Shown piece after piece: positions 13,166 through 26,295 of a stretch of 64,000 nt of DNA (positions within the stretch are counted from its first letter, which is position 1; each line of letters starts with the position of its first letter). The stretch is from Octopus sinensis (lineage: Eukaryota). The translations under genes and the position numbers were made by a program. The notes under the pieces were generated by a model, which was given only the letters and a program-made list of their open reading frames with translations, did not search any database and had not been told where the DNA came from. The DNA lies in the NCBI RefSeq assembly GCF_006345805.1, contig NC_043000.1:120404001-120468000 (forward strand), read 5' to 3'.

Positions 13166-13217
<52 letters not shown>

Positions 13218-13282
13218 CATGTATATGTATATATGTACGTACATATGTATATATAAGTATATACATATATGCGTGTATATAT

Positions 13283-13315
<33 letters not shown>

Positions 13316-14169
13316 GTGTGTGTATGTATAAATAGAAACGTAATTTCTGAAACTCTCAACGAGAGACATTCAGTAACAATACGGTAAAGTAAAGATTATT
13401 TGCCAACATAATGTGGCAGTCCTGGTTGGGACGAATGTTACTGTTGTTTAGCCCGAGGAAACATCATCTCCAGCTGGCTATACGACATACTTCCTGTGTC
13501 CTTATATTTTTGAACAAGAGAGTTTAGCGTCTCCACTCAGCGTAAAGTAATATCTGCGTACCGCGGTTTCTGGATTATTCTCTTCGTCAGCACAGTATTA
13601 CTGCTAAATTCATGTTCGAAACTATGTAAGTGTGTCACTTTGAAAATCATATATTTTCGAATAGGAATTTAACAGCGAGACACCATGAGCAATTGTCTTC
13701 CACTGTAACATAGGGCCGGTAAAAGTGAGTGGATGTACTAGACAAAAACTGAAGGAAGCCCGTCGTATATATATATATATATATATATATTGAGTAAATA
13801 TTCAAAAGCGAATATTTATCAAGATATTATTATTGTTATTACTATCTGCGGTAAATATGAATTGATAATAACAACAGCAATAATATAAGTAGCTGCAGGC
13901 GTTAAATAGCTGTACAGTTAAAATTTATATTTATCATAAGGGCACACGAAAACACCTACCAGCTAAAACAATGCTTATAACATTCTGTAAATAATAATGA
14001 TAATTATAAACTGAAAGCTTATAAGCAATCACAGTGTATAGCCTAAAGAGAAGAATCTTATATTGAGGCATACAAGCTCTCGACGGAAAAAAATGTACTG
14101 GCACCCACTTTTTTCTGTCGAGGGATTATATGCCACAATATGAGACTAATTTCTGTAGACAGTACACAG

Positions 14170-14585
14170 CGATCGCTCTGGCTGTATGGTAAGTAGATTC
14201 CTTACCAACCACATGGTTCCGGGTTCAGTTCCACTGCGTGGCACCATGGGTAAGTGTCGTCTGCTATAGCCTCGGGCCGACCAAAGCCTTGTGAGTGGAT
14301 TTGGTAGATGGAAACTGAAAGAATCCCGTTGTATGTATATATATATTTATCTGTATGTGTGTGTATATGTTTGTGTGTCTGTGTTTGTCCCCCTACATCG
14401 CTTGACAACCGATGGTGGTGTGTTTACGTTCTCGTAACTTAGCGGTTCGGCAAAAGAGACCGACAGAATAAGTACTAGGCTTACAAAGAATAAGTCATGG
14501 GGTCGATTTGCTCGACTAAAGGCGGTGCTCCAGCATGACCGCAGTAAAATGACTGAAACGAGTAAAAAAGAAAAGAGATTAAAGA
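14170..14585 (+). mobile_element. SINE family A, complete
   Basis: Head, TA/TG spacer, and tail ending GGCGGTGCTCCAGCATGACCGCAGTAAAATGACTGAAAC plus an A-rich end. Confidence 0.92.
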
Positions 14586-14603
14586 GATTAACATTATTTA
14601 CAG

Positions 14604-14731
14604 AATTTTCACTCGTCACCGCTTCTCCAGTTAACGTAGAAAATGCTCATAACATTTTTATAAGAGACAAAAGAAGGAGATTCAATAACTCGTATACCTT
14701 CCTGAAGATAAATAAGCTGAAACTACATCAG
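14604..14731 (+). CDS. Candidate internal exon (phase 1 to 0), product unknown
   Basis: ttatttacag acceptor, CAG|GTATGA donor, open frame FSLVTASPVNVENAHNIFIRDKRRRFNNSYTFLKINKLKLHQ. No recognised homolog. Confidence 0.3.
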
Positions 14732-15693
14732 GTATGAAACAAATAGAGAATGAATTAGTCAGCTGTTAGGAACTGGAAAAGCGTGTAGCATATTTGCCAA
14801 CATTTCTATTGCCAGACCAACTTATTCTAAATTTTAACTATTTATATTTATTGTCAACAGAGTACCATTCGTTTGTGGAGATCCTACTATTTACACTATT
14901 CGGCTGCAGCTTAACTCTGCTTTAGAACACACGTAGACCATAGAAATTATAAATGTTATCGATTTATTTTGGACTTGTCGCAAATACCCTGTCATTTAAA
15001 AGAAAGGAAAATGGGAATTTGTGACATTCATGTTTTCCTTGGAGAGACATAAGCGTATGTGAAATCCTCACAAGCTGTAACTGAAAACGAATCCTTAGTC
15101 AGATCATTTGGAGATTACCTGTACACTTGCCAGCTATGTTAATTATAGTGTGTGTTAAGAATTCCCTCCACACTGTAAGCAGTCTTTTCCGAAACCGTTG
15201 TGTGTTTAATCATATCTGACAACTCCACATTTTACTGTAATTAAATAACTAAATTTAATCAGTATTTTTTGCCGTCTTTTCGTATTGTATTGAAAGCTAC
15301 CGACAGTTATCTTCCGTTGTTTAGTTTTAATGGCATTATATACACGTGCCATTCTATTTTCTCAAGCAATTCTATACATTGATACAGGCGTGATTCTAAG
15401 AGAATCACGCCTATATCAATGTTGTTGTCTTGAATAAGTTTTATTAGCAAGACGTTCACACGCACATGTGCCTGCAGTGTTTCTCTGAAGAAGCGAGAAA
15501 ATCTCAGACTAAGCTTATACGTGTTATCCAAAATATTTATTCAAATCAATTGTCTCAATAAACTTGAAACATTTTGTTGCATCTCGGAACGGTCATTAGG
15601 CCAATAAGAATCGCGGGCACTCGTTCTGTTTCACTTCTATATTTGTATTCATCAAATGGTTTAACATTTAACCAATTTGGTAATCAATTCTTA

Positions 15694-16109
15694 TTTCTTT
15701 ATTACACACTAGGAGCTAAACATAGAGGGGACTAGCAAGAACAGACAAACGGATTAAGTCGATTACATCGACCCCAGTGCGTACCTGGTACTTAATTTAT
15801 CAACCCCGAAAGGATGAAAGGCAAAGTCGACCTCGGCGGAATTTGAACTCAGAATGTAACGGTAGACGAAATACCTATTTCTTTATTACCCACAAGGGCC
15901 TAAACACAGAGGGGACAAACAAGGACATACATAGGTATTAAGTCGATTACATCGACCCCAGTGCGTAACTGGTACTTAATTTATCAACCCCGAAAGGATG
16001 AAAGGCAAAGTCGACCTCGGCGGAATTTGAACTCAGAACGTAACGGTAGACGAAATACCGTTAAGCATTTCGCCCGGCGTGCTAACGTTTCTGCCAGCTC
16101 ATCGCCTTA
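15694..16109 (-). mobile_element. SINE family B dimer with 14-bp TSD
   Basis: Head GGCG..GAGCTGGCAGAAACGTTAGC, then a headless second unit. TSD GTAATC(A/G)ATTCTTA at 15680-15693 and 16110-16123. Confidence 0.9.
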
Positions 16110-16559
16110 GTAATCGATTCTTAGGAGACATAAAGGAAGAGACATGAAACAGAGCTAGAATAGAGTGAGCATGCTATTAATGAGGTCTCGAATGGTGACG
16201 AAAAGACATTGATAAACCTAGTTAATTGGATCTTTAGCTGAACGGTAAACAAACAATCACTTATTTAATTGGTTAACTGGTTAACCATTCGACTAATAGA
16301 AAATAAAATTACAAATGAAGCAGGACTAGAGTATATATGTATTATGGTCATAATGTTCCTCCCGAGGTACAACAAAATAGGCTTCAATGTACGAGTTCAC
16401 ATCAAGAATCGTGCAAGCCAAACAAAATCGAAATTTAAATATATTCCTACTAAATATGGGGAAAATATGATCCTTGTTTTAGAAACCGGAATCCAAGTAT
16501 TAGACATAGTAAATTGAACTGCTTTTATATACCTTTATTATTTATATACCCTAGCATGG

Positions 16560-16597
<38 letters not shown>

Positions 16598-16602
16598 ATA
16601 TA

Positions 16603-16831
16603 TGTGGTTGGCCAAAAGTAACCTGAGACTAAATCAAAACCATTTAATCCCAAGATTGATTTATGTTTTACAACTGAATGAATTTAAGAAAAGCATATAA
16701 ATATGAAACATCATGAAAATAGTTCAAACTGAAGTCCTTGAGCAACACATTTTTCTATTCGAGTCAATACAGAGTTACAGACAGTATTTATGGAATTTTG
16801 ATGTACTGTCGGGTGACTTTGGCCAAACCTG
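16603..16831. mobile_element. Tc1/mariner-type MITE, degenerate
   Basis: Imperfect TIRs ..GGTTGGCCAAAAGTAACC / GGTGACTTTGGCCAAACCTG with TA flanks. Confidence 0.5.
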
Positions 16832-16844
16832 TATATATATGTAT

Positions 16845-17266
16845 ATATATGTGGATGTGTGGTAAGTAACTTGCCACATGGTTTCGGGTTCAGTCCCACA
16901 GCGTGGTACCTTGCGCAAGTGTCTTCTACTATAGCTTCGGACCGACCCAAGCCTTGTGAGTAGATTTGGTAAACGGAAATTGAAAGAAGCCCGTCGTATA
17001 TATATATATTGGTAAAAACGGTAAGATAACAAAAGAAAGAAAGAGACCTCAATATTATGTAAATAGAGGAAATTATCTGTAAAATAATATGTGACAATTA
17101 TCCAGTAGCCAAGATAAAAGTCTGAGTTTCGGTTGCCGAGGTGGAAATCCACAACACCATATCTTCGGTTATCAGATAACCGAAGAGATGGTGTTGTGGA
17201 TTTCCACCTCGGCAACCGAAACTCAGAGTTTTATCTTGGCTACAGGATAATTGTCACATATTATTT

Positions 17267-17319
<53 letters not shown>

Positions 17320-17550
17320 GTGTGTGTGTGCGTGTTGTGTGTATGTTGTGTGGCTGTGTTTGTCCCCCCACCATCGCTTGACAACCGATGTTGGTGTGCT
17401 TTGTCCCTGTAACTTAACGGTTCAGCAAAAGTAACCGATAGAATAAGTACTAGGCTTACAAAAAAGTAAGTCCTGGTGTCGATTTGTTCGACAAAAGATG
17501 GTGCTTCAGCATGGCCGCAGTCAAATGACTGAAGCAAATATAAAGAAAAA
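16845..17550 (+). mobile_element. SINE family A split by an insertion in its internal microsatellite
   Basis: Head at 16845-16997, tail at 17340-17550, P3 element between them. Confidence 0.88.
17005..17270. mobile_element. P3 PLE-like element with inverted duplication
   Basis: 96-bp arms at 17078-17173 and 17175-17270, 93/96 complementary. Homologous to 12943-13142. Confidence 0.85.
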
Positions 17551-17709
17551 AAATAGTATATACATTCAGTATATACATTCAGACATACATACATACATAC
17601 ATACATACATACATACATACATACATACATACATACATACATACATACATACATACATACATACATACATACATACATACATACATACATACATAGATAC
17701 ATACATACG

Positions 17710-17750
<41 letters not shown>

Positions 17751-18292
17751 AAGTAAATATATGGCACAACGAAGTACCGATATTTACTGGAAATAGCGAA
17801 CGTAATAATATTTACTTCTATGTATAATTTTCCCTCACGGGCTATTCTTTACTGGTAAGGCAATACTCTCGTATTGCATTACTAATTATATATATATATA
17901 TATATATATTCTGTTGTGTCTGGGGTGAGGCATTTTCTTTTTGTGCCTTCTAATGTAACACACTCACTGGTAAAATATCCACTTATTTCTTATTTCTGTT
18001 TTCTTAGTGTGTTACGTTATAAGGCACAAAAATAAAATGACTCTTCCCGGGCACAACTGAATATGCTTCAACACACGAACTCATATAAAGAATCTTGTAA
18101 ACCAAATCCAAAAACGAAATATATATATATATATATGCACATCTTTTAGTTTGTTTTGGTCACTGGATTGCGACCATGCTGAGGCATCACTTTTCTAAAG
18201 CCTTGTACTTATTCAACCGGTTTCTTACAGAGGTGTAAAGCAATATCGGTCGTGAAACAGGTCGCAGGAAACAAAAGTACAAAGACTTACAT

Positions 18293-18333
<41 letters not shown>

Positions 18334-18509
18334 ACACACACATGCACACACTCACATGTATGTATGTATATACGACGGGTTTCCACAGAGTTTCCACAGA
18401 GTTTCCATCTGCCAAATTCATTCACAATGCGCTGGTCAGTCTAGAGTTTTGGTAGAAGACCCTATTTAGTGCGAAGTGGGCCTAAATAATAGTTTCAAGT
18501 TTTGCCAAG

Positions 18510-18750
18510 ATGCCAGCAATATCGGGGGGGGGGGAAGTCGATTACATCGACCTCAGTGTCAACTGGTACTTATTCCATTCACCTCGAAAAGATGACAGGC
18601 ATTTCGCCCGTCTTTACGTTTTGAGTTCGAATTCCGCTGAGGTCGACTTTGCCTTTCTTCCTCTCGAGGTCGATGAAATAAGTACCAGTGAAACACTAGG
18701 GTTGATGTAATCGACTAGTCCCCTTCAGACTTTGTGTCAAAAGTAGAAAG
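18510..18750. mobile_element. Two family B SINE fragments fused in opposite orientation
   Basis: Minus-strand piece at 18510-18600 and plus-strand piece at 18600-18750 running into (ATT)n. Confidence 0.7.
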
Positions 18751-18751
18751 G

Positions 18752-18815
<64 letters not shown>

Positions 18816-18816
<1 letters not shown>

Positions 18817-19600
18817 GTTTTTTTCCTTCTTTCTTCAAATTTTCGTCCGTTTCTCGCCGAGTGTTTTCCATACACCTAGGGCAGAGAAGGGCATTGCATG
18901 CATTCCCAGATTACACACGCAAATTCACAGATAAAATATGTATTTAAAAATTAATAAATAAATAAATTCATGGATGGATGTTATTTTCACAGCGATAGTG
19001 CTCTTCTCAGTACATGAGCCGTTCCAGTTAATACGATTTTTTGCACTTCCTGTAGGGATGGTAAACCTGGAATCATTTTCAAATAGGTTTCAGTACCTTT
19101 TTTTATCATTCCTAGAGATCCTACAATCACTGGTACTGTAGTCGTCTTGAGATGCCACATTTTTTCAATTTCCATTAGCATGTCTTTATATTTACTAATC
19201 TTGTCAAATTCTTTCGCCGCTATATTGTGATCACAGGGAATACTCATGGCAATTAATAAACACATCCTTTTTGTCTGATCTTTTATAATAATATCCGGTT
19301 TATTAGCTTTTATAGTCCTGTCGGTCTGCACGGGGAAGTCCCATAGAATCGACACATTTTCTTCCACAGTCACAGCTTCAGGATGATGTTTACACCATTT
19401 GTCAGCGGTTTTGATTTTATAATGCCGACATATTGTCCAATGTAAATACTGGCCGACTCTGTCATGTCTTGCTTTATATTCTGCAGGTGCTAAAACTCTA
19501 CACCCTGAGATTAGGTGGTCTATTGTTTCAATCTCATCGTTACAGAATCGGCATTTTGGGTCAGCTCCATTTTTCATCACATTGGCTTGGTAGTTCCGGG
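18816..19600 (-). mobile_element. R4/Dong-clade non-LTR retrotransposon 3' fragment (CCHC + restriction-like endonuclease)
   Basis: ORF 18987..19580: CRFC..ETIDHLISGC, RHD, KPDIII, K.SKYKD, VPVIVGSLG, GTAHVLR. (TAA)n on both sides. Confidence 0.95.
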
Positions 19601-19615
19601 TTATTATTATTATTA

Positions 19616-19795
19616 CGTTTGACTTTTGCTTTGTATTTGTACAAGTTCGCTCGATGTCTCACCCAGGGACCTGAAGAGACAACAAGTTAGAAGTTCATGT
19701 TGGTGTTATGCCTCCGGCGTCATATATTTGGTTTTGCATATAGTATTGTTCTAGAGAATGTTTAAGAAAACAGAAGAAAATGAGTTTGTTGTGAA
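19616..19795 (-). mobile_element. R4/Dong 3' UTR fragment
   Basis: Aligns with 19899-20070; flanked by (TAA)n. Confidence 0.75.
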
Positions 19796-19804
19796 TATTA
19801 TATT

Positions 19805-19898
<94 letters not shown>

Positions 19899-19900
<2 letters not shown>

Positions 19901-20341
19901 TATGTTTGACTTTTGCTTTACATTTGCACTTGCTGGCTCCAAGTCTCACCCAGAGACCTGAAGAGACAAGCTGGAAGTTCATGTTGGTGTTATGCCTAGG
20001 GTGCCATATATTTGGTTTTGTACTTAGTGTTGTACTAGTGAATGCCTAAAAAACTATACGAAAATTATGTTTGTTTTAAAACTTGAGATTACATAGAAAG
20101 TATTTTGCGTAGGATATGAGCAGTTCCCATGATTTTTTTTTCTTTGAATTTCTGCCATTTTGGGGTTTCCTGGTATCTGAGCTAAGTAGCAGTCAGCCCC
20201 TTTTGCTATCGTTCCCAGGGCACCTATGACAACAGGTATTGTTTTAGTCTTCAGATTCCACATTTTGCTGATTTCTATTTCCAGATCTTTATATTTGCTC
20301 AGTTTCTGGTTGGTCTTGACGGACCTATTATTATTGACAGA

Positions 20342-20342
<1 letters not shown>
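19899..20342 (-). mobile_element. Second R4/Dong subfamily 3' fragment
   Basis: KLSKYKDLEIEISKMWNLKTKTIPVVIGALG and GTAHILRK (frameshifted). (TAA)n on both sides. Confidence 0.92.
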
Positions 20343-20407
<65 letters not shown>

Positions 20408-21074
20408 GTTGCCGCCCTTGTGGCGAAATTAAAATGAATATTATATATATCATTGAAAGGAAAGCTTATTCAGAAATAAAAAAGATATTACATGTCGATC
20501 TATTTTGAATTGCAAGAAAAAAGGCTGAGTTTCCACTTTTGTTCATGGAAAGTATTTCAGTTCTGAACCAGTTCTGAACAGTTACAAAACGACAAACACA
20601 CACCACGTCAATATATTGCGCAGAATATGAGAGGGTTTATATAAGTGTATGAATTCTTTAGAGCATTTATGAAAGGTATTCGTGCGTTAGATTGTATACA
20701 CGAGCGCTTCCTATTTATTGACCTTCCGTTCAGTTGAATCCATTGAAATTGCTTTTTGTTCTTCAGCATTCTGTTGTCTTGGCAACTATTCCATTAAAAA
20801 CAAGCAAACGGTAAAAAGCACAGCGATAGCAAAATAGCAAAAGAAGACAAAAACAGTAACAAAACACTCAAACGCACATAAAAAAAGAGCGAAACTACTA
20901 GTAATACATTCTTCAAATGTTGATAGAAAGATGGTGCATGGTTAATCCCAAAATATAGTAACGTTCTCAAGGGGATGTGGTTTTCTTTGAAAAAGCGACA
21001 ATATTTTGGCCTTAAAAATATTTTCTGTTGAATAACTGGACAACTTACACAAGAACAAGCAATATGTACACACA

Positions 21075-21079
21075 CACAC

Positions 21080-21133
<54 letters not shown>

Positions 21134-21360
21134 ATATATATACATATATATATGTGTGTGCATATATGTATATATTATATATGTATGTATGTATGTATCT
21201 ATCTATATATATATATACATCTGTATATATGTATGTATATACATGTATGTATTATTACATACATATATATATATAATATATATATATATACACATATACA
21301 TATGCATACATATATATATGTATATATATATACATATACACACACACATATATATATATA

Positions 21361-21451
<91 letters not shown>

Positions 21452-21455
21452 GTAG
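21075..21455. repeat. TA/TG/CA microsatellite block
   Basis: Direct inspection. Confidence 0.95.
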
Positions 21456-22590
21456 TTACATGTGAACACATCGTTCGTTCTATTGTAATGTCGATTAATT
21501 CAAACGGAAAGTATCATCAACAGAGAACAGAACTTGTGTGCTGTGTTTGTTACACCTGAAAAATGCAATAGAAAATAGAAATAATAATTGGCTACATTTT
21601 TGCTGTGGAATACTTATGTGTATACGATGGGAAAGGCAGATGTTTTGCAAATTCTCTGATGCTACTAGAAATATGACAGCCAATAACTGGAAAAACATTA
21701 ATTTTATTTTTGTCAGTTGTTATTTTGTATTCCAGGTTTTATATATCACATCTTAAACAAAAAAGTATATGTGTATTTTGATCGGCCTTTTCAAACGACT
21801 ACACAATCATTTTATGTATATCACGATGATCCATAAGAGTAATTAAAACTGTGATATTCTTCTTTTTAGCCAATTATAGTTCTTGTTTCTCCTCGCATTA
21901 ATGTACTGTTCTGTGTTCCTTGCCAGATACACCTACATTTTTGCTGGTTCAGAGATCCAAGCTGGAAATTTACTGTTGTGTTTCGTACAACAAAAAGCTA
22001 CGATTGTTTGAAAGTATCTCAGGAGTAACTGGAATGTAACTTTATAGATACACACTTGCGCACAACAAACAAAAAACAGGCAGGGCATCAAGAGAGCCTC
22101 CATGCTGTTGCCATTCCTATTAGGAATGGCCATCGAAATTTCCTTAACTCATACCTTGCCGGTTTATAAAGCCAATATATAACGCTTTGGCGTACACAGT
22201 GCCTAGCCAAATAAACGGGGTAGTCATGAAGGGATCGCACTTGATCACAAGTCATCTCAATCAGGCACTACGTAATGTTAAACAATAACGACAAGCAGCA
22301 CGGACTTTCATACCTACATATAGACATACGGCTATAAACACGGATTCTTGTGGTAAAATTTTAAGCTACCATTTTGGAGCCGTTCAGATCAAATTCCCGA
22401 CTTGAGGATTCATTCCCCAACTTTTTCCCATTGATCTCGGCGGCCATATAAAGAGTTATGAGCAGTAACCTTCCTTCCTAACTAAAAAGAAAAAAACTCA
22501 AAAGGATAGAATTCGAAGCTTTAACCCTTACTTCTAAAATAAGTTAATAAGTTTGTTATACAACATGCCACTGGTGTATGTAAATATAGT

Positions 22591-22987
22591 GGAGGCGCAA
22601 TGGTTCCGTGGTTATGGCAGCGGACTATCGGTCATAGGATCGCGGTTTCGATTCCCAGACCGGGCGTTGTGTTTACTGAACGAAAACACTTAAAGCTCCA
22701 CAAGGCTCCGGCAGAGGATGGTGACGAACCCTGCTGTACTCTTTCTCACCACAACTTTCTCTCATTCTCACTTCCTGTTTCTGTTGTACTTGTATTTCAA
22801 AGGGGTAAGTCTTGTCACGCTGAATCTCCCTGAGAAATACGCTAAGGGTACACGTATCTGTGGAGTGCTCAGCCACATTGCACGTTAATTTCAGTGCCCG
22901 GCAACTTGCACGTTAATTTCACGATCAGGCTGTTCCGTTGATTGGATGAACTGGAACCCGCGTCGTCGTAACCGACGGAGCGCCTCG
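22591..22987 (+). mobile_element. SINE family C head with tail type X, 13-bp TSD
   Basis: TSD ATGTAAATATAGT at 22578-22590 and 22988-23000. Confidence 0.92.
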
Positions 22988-24118
22988 ATGTAAATATAGT
23001 TGTTACAACCGTGATTAATAGTTCAGAAACATATAATCCTAAAAACAACTCGTCTCAGATATTAATCAATTTCGCTGTTCTTATAATATAAATATATTGA
23101 AAGATGTAATAAAAGTTGTACATTTATGAACACCTGGTAAAGGGTTTGCAATTTTGTAACCCAACACATTATTTATCGGTTGATTAATTTTTTTTTTTTT
23201 TAGTTCCACTTGACGAAGTAAGCATAATATTGGCTCAAAGACGTAGCAGAAACAATCACACGGCGGCTTTATTCAATAAGACAACAAGCAGTTCGACAGA
23301 ATATTCCAGACGAAGCAATTACACCGACGTTCAAAGTAAATAGTCAGATGTAAACACAGAGACATATACGTGTACACACCTACACACACACACACACACA
23401 CATACACACACACACATACTCACACACACACATACATACACACACACACATATACACACGCACATACACACACATATACACACACATTTAAGAATCTGCA
23501 TATTTGCAAAATTTTAAAATGGCAAATTCTGTCTGAAAAGCAGAATGGTGTAATCGTATATTTCTTCTAGATACATTCAGAAAATATCAAAAAATCTTTG
23601 GGCATTTCGTAGTCTTAACAGTCGCCGAACACCTGTCAGCCTAATAAATTATTTCGAGATGCAATTTAGATTTGTGAAATATTCCGCAGCTCTTCATTTG
23701 ATATTCTAAGGAATAAAGCGATTTATTTCTCCTCTATTACAACCAGTCTATAATTGGATTGTCTGAGGTGCTACTGTGCTAGTCGTTACAGTATTTTTCA
23801 TTAACGCTTTTACGCCCAAGTTATTATATGTTGCTGTCATGATCAAAAGCAAGCAAGCTGTCACCACCTCAGTCCTATTATTTCAGACATACAATAGCTA
23901 GAAACGCATTATCTAATGTGTAATTCCTTTTATAAAATAGCAAGAGTGGTTCAGTGATTCTGTGTCGAATGTCGAACTACCGAGTAGTGACTCCCTCGTT
24001 AGCTTCTTATCACATGTCTAAGTCAGTAATCATTTGATTGTTACTAGTAAATTCTATAATATTTAGTGAATAATGATCTTATCTATATTTATCATACACC
24101 CTCATGAATGGTATTACC

Positions 24119-24535
24119 TATTTCTTTACTACCCACAAAGGGCTAAACACAGAAAGGACAAAAAAGGACAGACAAACGATTTAAGTCGATTACATCGACC
24201 CTAGTGCGTAACTGGTACTTATTTAATCGACGCCAAAAGGATGAAAGCCAAAGTCGACCGCGGCGGAATTTATACTTAGAACGTAACGGCAGACGAAATA
24301 CCTGTTTCTTTACTACCCACAAGGGGCTAAACACAGAGAGGACAAACAAGGACAGACAAACGGATTAAGTCGATTGCATCGACCCCAGTGCGTAACTGGT
24401 ACTTATTTAATCGACCCCGAAAGAATGAAAGGCAAAGTCGACCTCGGCGGAATTTGAACTCAGAGCGTAACGGCAGACGAAATACGGCTACGCATTTCGC
24501 CCGACGTGCTAACGATTCTGCCAGCTCGCCGCCTT
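24119..24535 (-). mobile_element. SINE family B dimer with 15-bp TSD
   Basis: TSD ATG(A/G)ATGGTATTACC at 24104-24118 and 24536-24550. Same internal junction as 15694-16109. Confidence 0.92.
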
Positions 24536-25524
24536 ATGGATGGTATTACCATTGAGGAAAAGCCTTTCCTTAATGTCCTTAAAGAAGATTAACATCGTCG
24601 GTGTTCAGCCAATGCAGGAAATTGCAATCCCTATTTGAATAATTATTCACCTCCAAATCAACTGACCCTTTTCATTTGTTGTCGGTTAGTCCTTGTCTTC
24701 TGCTTAAATGTGCGATCAAGCGATCAAATTCCACTCCAAATGATAGAACAGCTTATTTTTTCACCTAGTTGCATCTTTTACTAATAGAAAACATTTGCTA
24801 TTACTTGTGTGTATAGTTTTTTAATCAATTCTTGGTGACATATTTAACTGTAATGAACAATGCCATGGGTAATTACATTTTTCGTCATAAATGTGATCCC
24901 TACCTCATGTGCTTCTTTCTTAACAAACAGTATACAACTTAGCTACACACATTTAATGAATATATGCATGAACAATTTATTGAATATAATTAAATTAAGT
25001 ACATGCATTGAATGTTATATCCTATATTCTTTCCACAGCACAAATACAGTCTCATCCATTTAGAATGAGCTCATAAACTCTATGGTGTATTAGTGAATTT
25101 CCTTCATGCATATATTTTCAAGTCTTTGCAACCAGACGATATTTCCAGACATTTTTGAAAATATTTGGCATAGGATACAGGATTGTGTATGCAACCTTAA
25201 CAGATACTGAAGGAAACTTGATGTGTCCGTAAGCATGATTCTTCGATATTAAGACTGTATGTTCTCCCTGTGAGCTGCAGACGCCATACCACTTGAGAGT
25301 AAACGAACATACACTTGTATATACCGTATTTGATGGCCTACAAGATGCCCTTTTTTGTTTACCGAAAAATCGCTTTAAACCCCCCCCCCTGCGTCCAATG
25401 AACTCAATGTAGGCTCAACACTTGCTCAAAACGGTATATGTTTACAAAACGTGTGCTGCCATCTACTGGTGAGCAATCGTCTACGGTATGTTTATATCAA
25501 TGCGGATGCAATAAATTTCTTACG

Positions 25525-26295
25525 GGCGCAGGAATAGCTATGTGGTAAGAAGCTTGCTTACCAACCACATGGTTCTGGGTTCAGTCCCACTGCGTGGCAC
25601 CTTGGGCAACTGTCTTCTACTATAGCCTCGAGCCGACTAAAGCCTTGTGAGTGGATTTGGTTGACGGAAACTGGAAGAAGCCCGTCGTATATATGTATAT
25701 ATATATATATATATACTAAGCAATAAGGGTTAGCAACGAGTTGCCTTACCACATACCGAATTTAGAAATAGCAGTCAAAGGGTTATAGCTATTTCTTCTA
25801 CAAAAAAGGAGATCTCAGTAAAAACAGCATTACTGAGATCTCCCTTTTTTTAGAAGAGAAATAGCTATAACCCTTGACTGCTATTTCTAAATTCGGTATG
25901 TGGTAAGGCAACTCGTTGCTAAACCCTTATTGCTTAGTATTACTTAAATTTCCTCGAATGAGGCTTTTACTGCCGAAGACTACTGGTGTAATTGATATTT
26001 TTCCAAATTAATTAATTTCACCTTCATTATTACGGATAACTATATATCATATATATATATACATACATACACAATATATATATATGTTTGTATGTATGTG
26101 TGTGTATATATTTGTGTGTCTGTGTTTGTCCCCCAAGCATCGCTTGACAACAGATGCTGGTGTGTTTACGTCCCCATAACTTAGCGGTTCTGCAAAAGAG
26201 ACCGATAGAAGAAGTACTAGGCTTACAAAAAATAAGTCCTGGGGTCGATTTGCTCGACTAAATAAAAAAAAAAATGTAAAACAAGTAAAAAAAAG
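25525..26295 (+). mobile_element. SINE family A split by a foldback element
   Basis: Head at 25525-25687, tail at 26100-26295. Confidence 0.88.
25713..25940. repeat. Foldback palindrome (about 110-bp arms, 8-nt spacer)
   Basis: 25713-25821 is near-perfectly complementary to 25830-25940. Confidence 0.95.

Noticed and set aside
15307-15531. 74-aa minus-strand ORF
   Set aside because: No recognisable motif or splice support, and it overlaps a DNA hairpin.
22155-22313. 159-nt minus-strand segment with acceptor and donor
   Set aside because: Stops occur in all three phases. At most a non-coding exon, with no further support.
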